A DNA stretch of 64,000 bases from Vicugna vicugna (lineage: Eukaryota). The stretch lies in NCBI GenBank assembly GCA_013265495.1, contig MU058451.1:2785305-2849304 (forward strand), in the 5' to 3' direction. Position 1 is the first letter of the stretch. Every line of letters begins with the position of its first letter. A model generated the notes under the pieces. It made no database searches and was not told the DNA's origin. It saw nothing but the letters and a program-made list of their open reading frames with translations. Shown in pieces: positions 23,941-37,114 of this stretch. A program made the translations under genes and the position numbers.

Positions 23941-24329
23941 TGTTGTGGGCTGAATTGTGTCCCCCTAGATTCATATGTTAAAGCCTTAACCCTCAGTGCG
24001 TTTGTCTTTGGTGACAGGGCCTTTAGGGGGATAATTAAGGTTAAGTGAGGTCATACAGATGGGGCCCTAATCCAAGAGAACTCATGTCCTTATAAGAAGA
24101 AGAGGAGACACCAGAGAGCTCTGTCTGTGCACACACAGAAGCGAGGCCATGTGAGGATACCTCGAGAGGGTGGCTGTCTGCGAGCCAGGAAGAGCAGTCT
24201 CACCAGAAGCCAACCCTGATGGCCCCTTAATCTTGGATGTCTAGACTACAGAACTCTGAGAAAATAAATGTCCCTTGTTGAAGTCACTAGTCTGGCATTT
24301 TATTAGGGCAGGCTGAGCAGACCAATACA
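23941..24329 (+). mobile_element. MaLR solo LTR (MLT1A-like)
   Basis: TGTTGTGGGCTGAATTGTGTCCCC...ccttataagaag...AATAAA...ACCAATACA; TSD tcatc / gcatc. Confidence 0.88.
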
Positions 24330-24444
24330 GCATCCTTCCAACTTCCTTACAGCTCCACTTGGGTGTCTCTCTCCTCTTGGCTACCCAGGACTTGCCTTCT
24401 TCCATATCTTTGATCCTGAATCCTCTTAGGATATCTTTCCTCTC

Positions 24445-25016
24445 TGTTGTGGATGTCAAAATTGTAATAGGGGGTCTTTGCAGATGTAATTTAGTTAAAT
24501 AGAGTCTTTGCAGATATATTAGTTAAGGTTTGTTTTTTAAATTGAAGCATATTCAGCTTACAATGTGTCAATTTCTGGTGTACAACATAATGTTTTAATC
24601 ATACATATACATACGTATATTCCTTTTCATATTCTTTTTCATTATAAGCTATTGCAAGATACTGAATATAGTTTCCTGTATACATTGGAAACTTGTTTAT
24701 CTGTTTTGTATACGGTAGTTAGTATCTGCAAATCTCAAATAGTTAAGGGTCTTGAAATGAAATCATGCAGGAGAAAAGGCCATGTGAAGATAGAGGCGGA
24801 GATTGGAGTTGTGCTGCCATGAACCAAGGAGAGCCTGGAGCCACCAGGAGGGGGAACAGGCAAGGAAGGCGTCTCCTCTGGAACCTTCAGAGGGAGCACA
24901 GCCCTGCTGACACCAATTTTAGCCTTTGGCCTTCAAAACTGAGCGGGGAAGTTTTTGTTACTTGAAACCCCCGAGTCTGTGGAATTTTGTTCCGGCATCC
25001 CTGGGAAGCTAATACG
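24445..25016 (+). mobile_element. MaLR LTR (MLT1B/C-like) interrupted by a - strand L1 3' end (about 24530-24739)
   Basis: gtctttgcagatgtaatttagttaa...[L1; TSD tagttaagg]...ggccatgtgaagatagaggcggagattggag...ccttcagagggagcacagccctgctgacacc. Confidence 0.82.
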
Positions 25017-25434
25017 CCTTTTCTGATACCCCCAGGGAGGAGTTCCCAGCAGCCCTGTACTTCTTTTCTAACCCTCTACCTTCTGGTATCAGCTGTTTAG
25101 GTGTATCCCTTGGTTTCACAAAGACTGGCTCCTGGAGCCTTTGAGCAAGAATATGCTCATGACAGAGCCTCGGATATTGCAGCCTTTGTGGTCCACAAAA
25201 ATGTCAGTACTGGACTGTCAGCTTTCCTAAGGGAAATAATGTTAACTTTCCAGGACACGGATCTCAGAATGATGACACCTGCATGTGATACTATCCAGAT
25301 TAATTTATAGAGAAGCGTATAGTAGAGAATGAGAATTTCTTAGCAATTAATTTAGTGGCAGTTTATAGAAACTTTTATGAGGAACATTACTGTGTAGTAG
25401 AAAGGGCACCAGACTGGGACTTTAAAACTCTAGG

Positions 25435-25685
25435 GTTTTTTTTTTTTTAAATTGAAGTATAGTCAGTTACAATGTGACAATTTCTGGTGTACAGCACAAT
25501 GTCTCAGTCATACATATACATACATATATTCATTTTCATATTCTTTTTCATTAAAGGTTATTATAAGATACTGAATATAGTTCCCTGTGCTATATAGAAG
25601 AATTTTTAAATCCATTTTTATATATAGTGGCTACCATTTGCAAATATCATACTCCCAAATTTATTCCTTCCTACCCTATTTCCCC
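25435..25685 (-). mobile_element. L1 3' end inserted in a MIR (about 25390-25850)
   Basis: ttgaagtatagtcagttacaatgtgacaatttctggtgtacagcac...; flanks share ctctagg; MIR core tgatgccttgggcaagtcac follows. Confidence 0.85.
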
Positions 25686-26667
25686 CTCTAGGTTGGTTTT
25701 TGAGTCAAGGTCTTGCTTATTCATGGCTGTGATGCCTTGGGCAAGTCACTCTCTGAGGCTCAGGGCCAATATTAGCAAAGTGAGGATAAAATTGCCAGTG
25801 CTGCCTGCCTCATGGGGGTGTTATGAAGCTTCTATGAGGCAGGTTATAAGAGAAGGCTCTGGAAGCTGTGGAGCCTCTAAGATCATGAGCTGGGTTGATG
25901 ATTATCAAGGTGTCCTTTTAGAGTCATGATCACAATCACAGAGATGCAGGATTTAGACCCATGAAGGAAGTAAGGGACCGTGTAGTGAACTCCTTCATTT
26001 GCCACGAGGAAATTGATGCCTGAAGAAACTGACTTTTTTGTCTGGTTTGAATCAAGGGGATGCACAGTGGGAACCTGTGCCCCTCCTCACTGAGCTGAGA
26101 TGCTGTGTGTACAGAACCAACGGCCACAGTGAGAGGAAACCTGCAAAGCTTTTGCCTTTGCAGAAACTAACCCAGCTGAGCTCACCTAATAGAATGGTTA
26201 GTGAGAACAAGTACACAGTTCCCAGAAACACAATGAAAACTTTGTAGGTAATGTTCAACTCGTTTCACAAAATGATTCTTTGAAAGTCATTTTGAAGAAT
26301 GTGATAAAAATCTTAGCAGTCACCATCTGGTAAGGGCACACTTTACAATGGCATTTATTCAGGGCCTAGGTTGTAGGGTAATGTTATGTACTAGATTATT
26401 TGACAGACAAGGGTGTGGATTTCTAAGGCAAGTGGATTAGATGGAGATGCCCAAAGAAGACACTGTCAAGTCAGCAGCTCTCAACAAAAGAGGAAAATGA
26501 ATGATTGTGTCAAAGATGTGACGTAGAGATTGACAGTCTAATTCTTGGACCTGACACTTAAAATGCTAATTCTGGTAATCCTACATGCTTGCCGAGGAAG
26601 GATAGAAACATGCTATAAGGCACTGTAGTTGCAAGTGATCTGTTAACTTTAAAATATCTTTTACTGT

Positions 26668-29600
26668 GGGAAGGAAATAACAAAGATCAGAGCATAAATA
26701 AATGAAACAGAGATGAAAAGATAAATGAAACTAAGAGCTGGTCTTTTGAAAAGGTAAACAAAATTGGCAAACCTTTAGTTAGAATCACCAAGAAAAAAAG
26801 GACACAAATAAAACAAATGAAAGAGGAAATATTACAACAGATACTACAGAAATACAATCATAAGAGAATACTGCAGACAGTCATACACCAACAAATTTGA
26901 CAACCTAGAAGAAGTGGATAAATTTCTAGAAACATACAACCTACCAAGACTGAATCATAAAGAAGTAGAAAATCAGAACAGATGGATTACTAGTAAGAAT
27001 ATAGTCAGTAGTCAAAACCTCTCAACAAGCAAAAGTCCAGTACCAGGTGGTTTCACTGGTGAATTCTCCCAAACATTCAAAATATATAAAGTAAAAAAGA
27101 GGAAGGAACACTTCAAAACCCATTGTATGAGGCCAGTATTACCTTGATACCAAGATCAGTCAAGGATGCCATAAGAAAATAATATTATAGGCCAATATTC
27201 TGATGAACATAGCTGCAAAAATCCTCAACACAGTATTAGCAAACTGAATTCAACAATACATTTAAAGGTACCATACACCACCAACTGGGCTTTATCCCAG
27301 GGAGGTAAGGATGGCTCAACATCTGCAAATCGATCAATGTGATACACCACATTAACAAAGTGAAAGATTAAAATTGTATCATTTCAATAGATGCAGAGAA
27401 AGCTTTTGACAAAATTCACTATCCATTTATGATAAAAACCCTCAGCAAAGTGGCTATAGAGGGAACATACCTGAGCACAATGAAGACCATACAGGTTAAG
27501 CCACAGCTAACTTAATATTCAATGGTGAGAAACAAACTTTTTCCTCTAAGGAACAAGACAGGGATGCCCACGCTCACCACTTTTATTTAATATAGTATTG
27601 GAAGCCCTAGCTGAGCAGTAAGGCAAGAAAAAGAAATAAAAGGCATCCACACTGGAAAGGGAAAAGTAAAACTGTCACTATTTGCAGGTGATGTGATATT
27701 ATGTATAGAAAACCCTAAAGATGTCATCAAAAAACTTAGGACTAATAAATAAGTAAATTTTCAGGATACGAAACCAGCATGCAAAAATCTGTGGGTTTCT
27801 ATGTACTAATAACAGACTATCAGAAATTAAGAACACAATCCCATTTACAATTGTATCAAAAAGAATAAGATATCCAGGAATAACTTTAACCACTGAAAAT
27901 TAAAAGACTGATGAAAGAAATTGAAGAAGATATGCATCAATGGAAAAGAAATTCCATGCTCATGGTTTGGAAGAATTAGTACTGTTAAAATATCCATACT
28001 ACCCAAAGCAATCTACAGATTCAATGCAATCCCTATAAAATCTGTATTTTGCAGAAATAGAACAAACAATCCTAGAATTTGTATGGAAACACAAAAGATC
28101 CTAAATAGCCAAAGCAATTTTGGGAAAGAACAAAGCTGGCGACATGCTTCGTGATTTCAAACTATATTTGCAAAGCTCTAGTAAAACAACATGGTATTGG
28201 CATAAAAAGAGATACATGGATCAATGGAACAGAATAGAGAACTCAGAAATAAATGCATATATAGTCAATTAATTTGAGACAAAGCAGCCAAGAATACAGA
28301 ATGAGTAAAGAAGAGTTTTTTCAATAAATGGTGTTGGGAGAACTGACAGCCACATGTAAATGCCTGAAATTGGACCACTGTCTTACATCGTACACAAAAA
28401 TTAACTCAAAATGGGTTAAAGACCTGAACTTAAAACCTTAAACCATAGAACTCCTAGAAGAAAACATAGGTGGTAATCTCCTTGACATTGATTTTTTGTA
28501 ATGAATTTTTGGATTTCACACCAAAACCAAAGTCAGCAAAAGCAAAAATAAACAAGTGGGGCTACATCAAACTAAAAAGCTTTTGCACAGCAAAGGAAAC
28601 CGTCAGTAAAAGAAAAGGCAACCTACAGAGTGGGAGAAAATATTTACAAATCATATCAGGTAGGGGGCTAATAATCAACACATGTAACTCATACAACTTA
28701 ATAGCAAAACCAGACAATTTGATTAAAAAATGAGCAGAGGATATAAATATTTTTCCAAAAAAGACATACAGATGACCAACAAGTACATGAAAAGATGTTC
28801 AACATTACTGATCATCAGGGAAATGCACATCAAAATCACAATGAGATATATCATCTCACATCTGTTAGAATGTTGGTTGTTACCCAAATGACAAGAAATA
28901 ATGAGTGTGAGAATGTGGAGAAGAGGCAACCTTTATGTCCTCACTGCTGGTAGGAATGCAAATTGATACAGCCATTATGGGAAATACTGGAAGTTCATAA
29001 AAAAAAAAAAAGAACTACTGTATGGCTCAGCAATACTATTTCTGGGTATTTCTCTGAAGAAAATGAAAACACTTGAAAAGATATATGCATCCTGTGTTCA
29101 TTGTAACATTTACAATTGCCAACATATGGAAATGGCCCTCATCATGAATGAATATATATATCTCTACACACACTTGTACATACATAGGCACATAATAGAA
29201 TATTCAGTCATTAAAGTGAAATCCTGTTATTTGCACAGACATGAATGGACCCTGAGGGCATTATGCTGAGTGACAGTGAAGATAGAAAAAGATAATACCT
29301 TATGATCTCACATGTGGAATCTGAAAAAACAATCAAAAAAGAACAAAAATAAGCTCATGGATATAGAGAACAAGTTGGTGATTGCCTGAGGCGGGGAGTG
29401 AGGTGGTGTGCAGGTGGGGGTCAAAAAGGTACAAACTTCCGGTTATAAAATGAGTAAGTTGTGGGGATGTGACGTAGAGCATGAGAACTATAGTTAATAA
29501 TACTATATTGCATGTTTGAGAGTAGCTAGGGAGTGAAGCTTGAAAGTTCTCATCACAAGAAAAAATATTTTGTAACTACGTATGATGGATGTTAACTGGA

Positions 29601-29684
29601 TTTATTGTGATCCTTCTATAATCTATACGAGTATTAAATCATGTTGTACATTTGAAACTATATAATGTTACATCAATTATTAAA
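26668..29684 (+). mobile_element. 5'-truncated older L1 (ORF2 RT and C-terminus plus 3'UTR), heavily disrupted
   Basis: Fragments [21 protein letters not shown] (degenerate FADD, about 27678), IPCSWFGRI...[33 protein letters not shown]. Degenerate TSD aaaatatcttttactgt / aaaataatctttactgt. Confidence 0.95.
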
Positions 29685-30841
29685 AAAATAATCTTTACTG
29701 TTGCAGAAGATTCCGTGGTTCATGAGGTGAAAGAATGCTTTATTTGTTAAGGAAATAAATACGAAAGTGAAACATGGGTGATGAGAACATACTCAGAGGG
29801 GAGCTTATTTTATTTTTTAAAGAAAACATTCTGTGCAGAGGTTCTGTGACTGTGGCAAGGCATAGGTCCCAAATTAAGGTTATGCTTTGCTAGATGTATG
29901 AAGAGCTACGTCTTTAAATGACTTAACAGGACATTTTCAAGCAACTCAGCACTTGGCAGATTTAATTTTGACGAGCAGGAGCAGGTGGGTGGCTCAGGCT
30001 TCTCAACCTTGAAGAGATGACCCCAAATGACTTTGTTTTTTTCCTGATAGTTGCAAGGGAAAATAAGATTTAATTAAGGAACCAGGGAAAGGTGCCTCCA
30101 TTGTTAAGGTTAAAGGGAGAGGGAGGTGTGACAAACAGAAGGAAGCAGGTGTAAGGAAGGCACAAAATGACGTAAGCCCCTGGGAGCACGCTGGTGGGGA
30201 GTCCCTGGGGTTGGTGGTAACTTATGAGAGTAGTTTCTGTTTAGACGAAGAAATGAAACCCAACCAGCAACAGGGCTCACGCAAGCACGTGTACTTTTAT
30301 AACTTCTGAGTTTGAAATCCCTTTATTGTTTTTCTGCGGTTGGGTGAGGAGCCTCAGGGCTGAGGGAAAACCCCTCCCTGTAGGCTTGTGCCTTTTCCGA
30401 GCTCTAAGGGGCTTTAAATGCTGTGAAAAATATGTTATTTTTCTGAAATGGTTTTAAGTCGTAACCATTTTGACTCCATCTTTCATTTTTTCTGATAATT
30501 CTATTTTCTTCCTTCGCCCCCCTCCCTCTTCTGCTTCCTCTCATCTCTTTGCCTCTCCGTCTGGGTAAAGTTTCTGGCACCTGGCTCGTTTGCCAGGAAA
30601 AAAGACAACTGCTTGCGAAGGAGAAAACCCTTTCCTGCATGCTCCGTGCTCGGAACCGACACCCGTCGCTGGGATGGACAGCTGGGCCATGCAGTGGTTC
30701 CGAGCTCTTGCCAAGGGAAATGCCCCAGCTCGTATCCCTCTTTTCCAGAATGTGGGCAAGTCCAGGGGGCTCGTGAAAGTCTTTGAAATCTGTGAAGTCA
30801 TTAGTCTCCCTGCCTGTCTTTCCAAATAAATGCTTTGGTGG

Positions 30842-30854
30842 GTTAATCATTAAC
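30842..30854. promoter_or_regulatory. Perfect HNF1 consensus site
   Basis: GTTAATCATTAAC matches GTTAATNATTAAC, in non-repeat, CpG-retaining sequence. Function is unproven. Confidence 0.5.
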
Positions 30855-32209
30855 TTGACGTCTTGTACTTGGGAGCTTGCGATTATGGAGATGGAACATG
30901 CTCAGTTTCTTCTCAGAGAAAACTCTGCACTGCAGTTTGGGGACGTACACAGAGCTGCGGTCAGGACGCTGGGAGAATCCCCACGTAGGACTGAACAGGG
31001 TTAGAGGGAGGTGTTTGGTTTGGTTTTGTTTACTTGGTATTAAAAAAACCTTTTTCTTATATTCATATCTCCCACTGAATTCATAGAAGTTTTGTAAACC
31101 AGGATAAAAGGCATATATTAATATTTGTCCACACTCACATTTGGTTTTAAAAATTATGACTCCTATTCAATTTGTACTGTTCTTTCTTCTTTCACATCAC
31201 TTTCTGCCATTGAGAAGATATTTCTTCTTAGATATTTCCATGAGTCTGTCTGCACCTATGAAATAGAGAATTAACACTAATTACTTGTATAACAGGAATC
31301 CCCCAAAGACTTACACATAAAATAGATGATTTTTAAATTGTTACTTCAATTCTTACCTTTTATTTCATCTTTATTTTGCTTTCTCCCCTCCTCCTCTTCT
31401 TACTGCTCCCCCTCCTTCTTTCTCTTGATATATCTATAAATCTATATCCACACACATATAAATATTATATATAATATTCTTCTAAACCTTGGTCATTGAT
31501 TAAGGGGCTGTTTCTTAGGCTTCTCCACTATGAAGTACTATTTTTCCCTCTTTGAACTGAAACAGTTTGTGAGGGGATACTTCATGACTCTATAAAGATC
31601 CTGTTTTCTGTGACATTTTCACCCACTCGTGTTAGTGTCCTCTGATAATTTCCTGCCTCCATCATGCCAAGTAATACATGTAGAAGAAATGATGGAGATG
31701 GAAAATCAAAACTGTTTTTGTAAAAGATAATCTACAATACTCACTTTACCATTCTGCAATGTGTTTTGTAGATGACAGGACCTATGGACACCTAACTTCC
31801 ACTGTAATATGCAGGAGAAGTTAAAGGACAGTGATTTGTAGTAAAAATTAGTATGTATTTCAGTAGGTGACGGTGTGGGCACTTCTGCAAGAGAGGACAT
31901 GTTGAAGGAGTCGGATGTGAGAAATTGTGGTGATGGGGCAGCTACACATGCAGAGGTGGCTCACCGATGCTCACGTTCAATCTGTGGCATTTGGTTAGGA
32001 ATATGGTTTTGAGAATAGTGAACAACTTTGGTAAAATTTGGAAGACAATACAGCAAAATGTTCCCTCAATTTATGCCATAGTAGTAATCCCCCCAAATCC
32101 CCAGAACACATTAAAATAGTGCAAAAATTGAGTTTATATCTAAAACATATGCTGAGGATTTAGACCCAAAGAAATAGGGTTTTCCCCTACATGGCTGCTG
32201 GGAAAAAGT

Positions 32210-32370
32210 TCAGTGCACTGGGGCACCAGCCCACCCACCTCAGGACATCTGCCATCTCTGGCCTGCACCCACTGGCTGTCTCTGGCATCTCTCACCATTG
32301 AGACAACCAGATAACCCCCACAGACAATCAGATGTCCCCTGGAAGTGGTAACATTGCTTGAGAAGCACTG
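32210..32370. mobile_element. MER20-like hAT fragment
   Basis: ttgagacaaccag...cagatgtcccctgg...ttgagaagcactg terminus. Confidence 0.45.
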
Positions 32371-33949
32371 TTTTAAGGTTTCTCATAAGCACAAATTGCT
32401 GCCCACCCCCGCTTCAAAAAAAAAGAAGAATGAAAAGAATCAGCACATAGATTAATTTTTCTCTTGGCATTCTGTAGCACTCTTCTCATCCCTCACCTCT
32501 TTGCTCTGGACTTCTCCATTGCATCTTCTAGGTCTTGGAAACACAAGACTGTTTCCGTAGATACATAATGAGTTGATTTGAGGTTTTGGAGAAGAATATC
32601 AAATAGCACCATCTATGCAACTGACCACTTTGGGGGGATGAATACACAGATTAACATCCCCTTCAGTTAAGACCAGAGAGACAAGAGACACTTCCGAGAA
32701 CTCAAACCAAGTCTCCAAACATTCCACACATTCTCCCTCTCACGTTCTGCAGGTATCTTTAACTTTATACTAGAGAAGTTATTGCCCCTCAGTGTTTCTG
32801 ATTGTAGATTAACATCTGAAACAGAACAGTGATTAGATAACAGGAGGGTCTGGTTTTAGAAGACTCTTGCCATGTTGGAACAAGCAGTGTTACAAACAAG
32901 TGCTTGAGTGACCAGCAGTCCAATCGTGGGGAACCAGCCTGTCCCTAATCTTCCAAGTAATTGAGAATGTTCTGACCAAGGAGAGCCTGGACCACCTGAT
33001 TAATGACTGTTATAAACAGCAGTGGTGTAAACTAGTGAAAGGAATCTTACAGAGAATTCTGTTTGATCCGAGGGGTTTTTGTTGACCAAGTTTGGACAGA
33101 CATATTAACAAGAACGTACCATGTCATTATTTGTCATCACTGGAGTAGCACTGGAGTCCGTTTGCGCTCTGTCTCCATCTTTCTCTCTCTTTTGCTTTCT
33201 CAGACCTCCCATGATTTGCTTTCTTTAATGCTTTCATGTTTCAGCTTTTCAGACTTGAGTCTGACGTCTAACTGAGGTGGCCAAATGGTTTCATGACCTT
33301 CACGCTCTGAAATCACATGGACACGTTTTCATAGGTCAGAGAGAAGCTGGAAGTGCCTACCAAGTGGCGATGGGCTACATTCATTTTGTGGGTTTTTAAA
33401 CTTTGTGGCTTTCTCTTTGTTCTTGCTTATTGTCTTATGCAACCTCGCCTATTGAGAATCTTCTTCCCCGGGGGTGTTCCGGGTGTGTTGGCCCGGGTGG
33501 TTACTTTTTCTGCTTGTGGCAGCATGACAAAGTGACATGACAGGACAAAAGGGAGTCGATTATTTCAGCTATATTTGCTAGGAGCTTCATTCATGATACA
33601 AGAGAGGCAGAATGTGTAGAAAACGGGAACACGTAGCTCCTCATTTATCCCTTTGTTGTACCAGCCATTCAGCAAGTGTCTACAGAATTCCCTGTATGCT
33701 ACATCGTGGGAGATCACGAGGGAGAGTGGCTGGGTTCACATGGCTACAATAGGAGGCAGGGAGGTGGTGCAAAGAATTCGGGATGAGGAGTTAGATGGCT
33801 TAGCTTCTCCTTCTGGTGCTGCCTCTTACCAGCTAACATGTCTGAACCTTAGACTCCTTAAAAAAATACCCATATTGCTCACGTCCTGTGTGATTGTGAT
33901 GGTCAAGTGAAATGAGAAAATTCCAAGTAAGATTTACAGCATTTAAAAA

Positions 33950-34053
33950 AATTATTTATTTTTATTTTTTTTAAGTGGAGGTACTGGGGACTGAACCCAG
34001 GACCTTATGTATGCTAAGCATGCGCTATTACCACTGAGCTATATCCCCACCCC
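33950..34053 (-). mobile_element. Vic-1-like SINE
   Basis: ggaggtactggggactgaacccaggaccttatgtatgctaagcatgcgctattaccactgagctatatcccc. Confidence 0.85.
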
Positions 34054-34861
34054 TAAACTTTTTTTTTGTACCAAGACCCAAGGCAGCTTTTTTGAGACCA
34101 CATAGATGGGAATTACATTTTGGGGAGTGTGGGGTCCAAGTCTAACAGGCACCCAGATGGTAGCTCTGCTCTGCACCTCGCAGGGCTGCTGAGAGAGGAC
34201 TGCATGTTACAGAGCGAACCCTTTGAACGAGGGTGGAGGGGCCAGGGAGCAAGCTTGCTGGCCTATTGTCTCTTCAACCTCAAAATGTCAGCGTTGAACT
34301 CATCACATCTTTACCTTGGCTTGAGGCCACCCCTTGCTCTTCCCGGTCTTCTCTGGTCCTAATACCCCAGCCTTTTGAAGTTGATGGCACGGAAGACAGC
34401 CATGTCCTCCCCCGGTTTGATCCTTGGCTGCACCAGCAGGGACAGACCCAGGGCCAGAGTGGACGTGGCTCTGACAGCTCATGCTTCTCCCCGTTGTAGG
34501 CTCACAGTTCTGTTTACCGAGCCTGCCAAGGATGGAGACTACCAAGAGTAGGTTCACTAAATAATTCACAGCGTGTCAAGTAAAATCAACTGGCAAGTGA
34601 TAAACTTAGAGGAAAAGAACCAGGTTTAGGGTGAGGAGATCCAGCTTCTAGTGTGGGCTCTCTACTTAAGTCTTGTAAAGGTTTTGGGAAAGTTCCTTCA
34701 TCTTTTTGCACCTTAGGTCCCCAACCTGCAGAGAGAGGCGGTCATGTTCCAGAGTCAGATGGGTGTGTCCTGCTGCCGACTGCGCTGTCTCCTGTGGCAG
34801 AAGGAACCGAAAGCAGACTGGGTGGTTTTGCTGTGAAAGCAAGGAAATCAATTGGGAGGAA

Positions 34862-35060
34862 ACTAGACTTTACTGAACATTTATTATGAACATGACAATG
34901 TTAGGCATTTTACACATATAATCACATTTAATCTTTGTAACAATCCTGTGACGTAGGTATTACTAGCTCCATTTTTGTCAGAGGTTAAGTAACTTGCCCA
35001 AGATCACACACTGCCAAGTGGACTTACTGGAATTCAGAGCCAGGTTAGGCTGACTTCAAA
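34862..35060 (-). mobile_element. MIR SINE
   Basis: tttaatctttgtaacaatcctgtgacgtaggtattac...agaggttaagtaacttgcccaagatcacac. Confidence 0.8.
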
Positions 35061-36820
35061 GGGATTGTTCTTCGTGTAACACCTGCTACCTCAGTAGCAG
35101 AACAAATGTATATTTTGACCCTCGGCAGTACTTGATGGTTTCTGTGCTTGAATATACAGAGGTAAAACCAGGGGAAAAAACCAATCAGAAGAATCCAGTG
35201 TTTGTATCTTAATCCTACTAAGACTTTTGTATTTGAGAAAGGAAAGGCCAGGCTAACTGCATGTATTAGAGAGATTAAAAGCTGAGGGTTCTTCAAACAC
35301 CACACCTAAGTGGGCGTTTAATCTGGGCGTATTAGGAGGAGAAGGCCCATTGATGGGACTGTCATGAGATCCCACAGGGAGAGTGTGTATCCATTGTGAT
35401 TTCCTGAAGCCAAAACACATGCTGTCAGCAGGTGGTTGAATTGACAAATCCAACTGAATGTGACTACTGGCAAGCGTTTCCCATCATGCTTGCTGGCCAG
35501 AGCTAAAAATCGCCAGATTTAAATGAAAACCACGGACAGGACATGCAGAGATTTTGTGAAGGAATGTGTGAAGAGGAAACTCAAGTGTCAACCTCTGAAT
35601 GTTTTGTTTCTGGGGATCTCTGAGGAGGTTTACGAAACTGGGTGTTTTTGATTTGTGGCCTTAACGTTTAAAGTCACATTTTAAAACTGAGTCCCTGGAT
35701 TGCAGGAAGGCAGAAAAACAATATAGCCATTTGGTATGACTTGTTATAAAATGTAGCTAGTGCTTTTTAAAAATAGTTTCAAACCAAATTAGCTCTGGGC
35801 ACCTGCTGGAGCTTTGTGTTTTCAGATAGACTTGTTTGCTGTCAGCCAGAAAAAAAAAATCAGCCCAACAAAACCCTCCACCCACATGGTTTGTTATAAA
35901 ACCTGACACTCCTAATGCTTTTCCAAGCCGCTTCTCTTGGATCAAATCATTCAAATAAGGAAAAAAGACATTTAACATCTTGAAAGAATGGGGCAAACTA
36001 TGTGTTGTTAGATAGAGTCTCAGAAGGGGTCAGGGAAAGAAGAAAGGTGGATATTAAGTAATGTGATGTATTAATCACACTGTAAAAGTTTTTCTAATAA
36101 CTTACGTGAAAAATTTCAACACTGATAGAATACGGCTGGAATTTTAGGATTTACAGTTTTACTGAATAGGCCCCTTAAACCATGTCTGTTTTCATTCTGT
36201 TTATACAAGATATACATGGTTGGCTGTTTCCAATGATGTGGACATTTTGTTTGTTTATTAGACAGAGGAGATACAGATGATGTCATGATGTCTAAATGAA
36301 CAATGGCAACAATTATAGCAATAAAAACGGCAAAAATCACTTTGTGGAGATTTTGCATTTTAAGAGATAGCAAAGTCTGTTGATTGCTCAGAGGATGCTG
36401 AAATCCGGACTAATGCTGACAAAAGAAGAACTCATTTCTGAGTTCTGAGTGCTCTGGGAGGGACTTAGGCTTTGCAGACCTCACCTCAGTTTTCACCTGC
36501 ACTGGTTCTCTGACTGCAGTTGAAAAAAGAATTCTGTCTGTTTGATTATACATATGTTTTCTATAGTAGAAAGGCTAGGAGAAGCCTGTCTTACATCACT
36601 CGGTACGTATCATTGACTACAATGCAGCTGACTTCCTACTGACTCACCCTGCTTTCCTGAATGATCTTTTGTATCATTTCTTCCCAGAGCAATGCAGGTT
36701 CTTGAAGTCGAATTGGTATCTTAGAAGTCCCGATGGGGTAATTATAATAACAACATGGATAATGATGACTGCTCTGCTGCTCCCATTTATTCAATGCCTG
36801 ATACTGAAATGGATACTTTT

Positions 36821-37114
36821 GAAAAATTCTTATTTTCTTACTGAAGAGTAGTCGATTTACAATGTTGATTTCATATGTACAGCAAAGCAGTTCAGTTATA
36901 CATGCATATATATATATATATATATTTCAGATTCTTTTCCATTACAACTCATTACAAAAAATTGAATATAGTTCCCTGTGCTCTACAGTAGGTCCTGATT
37001 GTATATCTATTTTATGTATAGTAATGTGTATCTATTAATCCCAAACTCCTAATCTGTCCCTCCCCTTTCTTCCTGCCAGTAGCCACAGTCTGTTTTCTAT
37101 GTCTGTGACTTTAA
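36821..37114 (-). mobile_element. L1 3' end inserted in a MIR
   Basis: Perfect 15-bp TSD gaaatggatactttt (36806-36820 / 37115-37129); internal (TA)n. Confidence 0.9.

Noticed and set aside
24468..24527. About 29-bp tandem duplication (gtctttgcagat...tagttaa)
   Set aside because: Local duplication inside a decayed MaLR LTR; no sign of function.
30404..30850. 148-aa - strand ORF and overlapping ORFs
   Set aside because: No recognisable homology; several frames are open because of local composition. Treated as regulatory instead.
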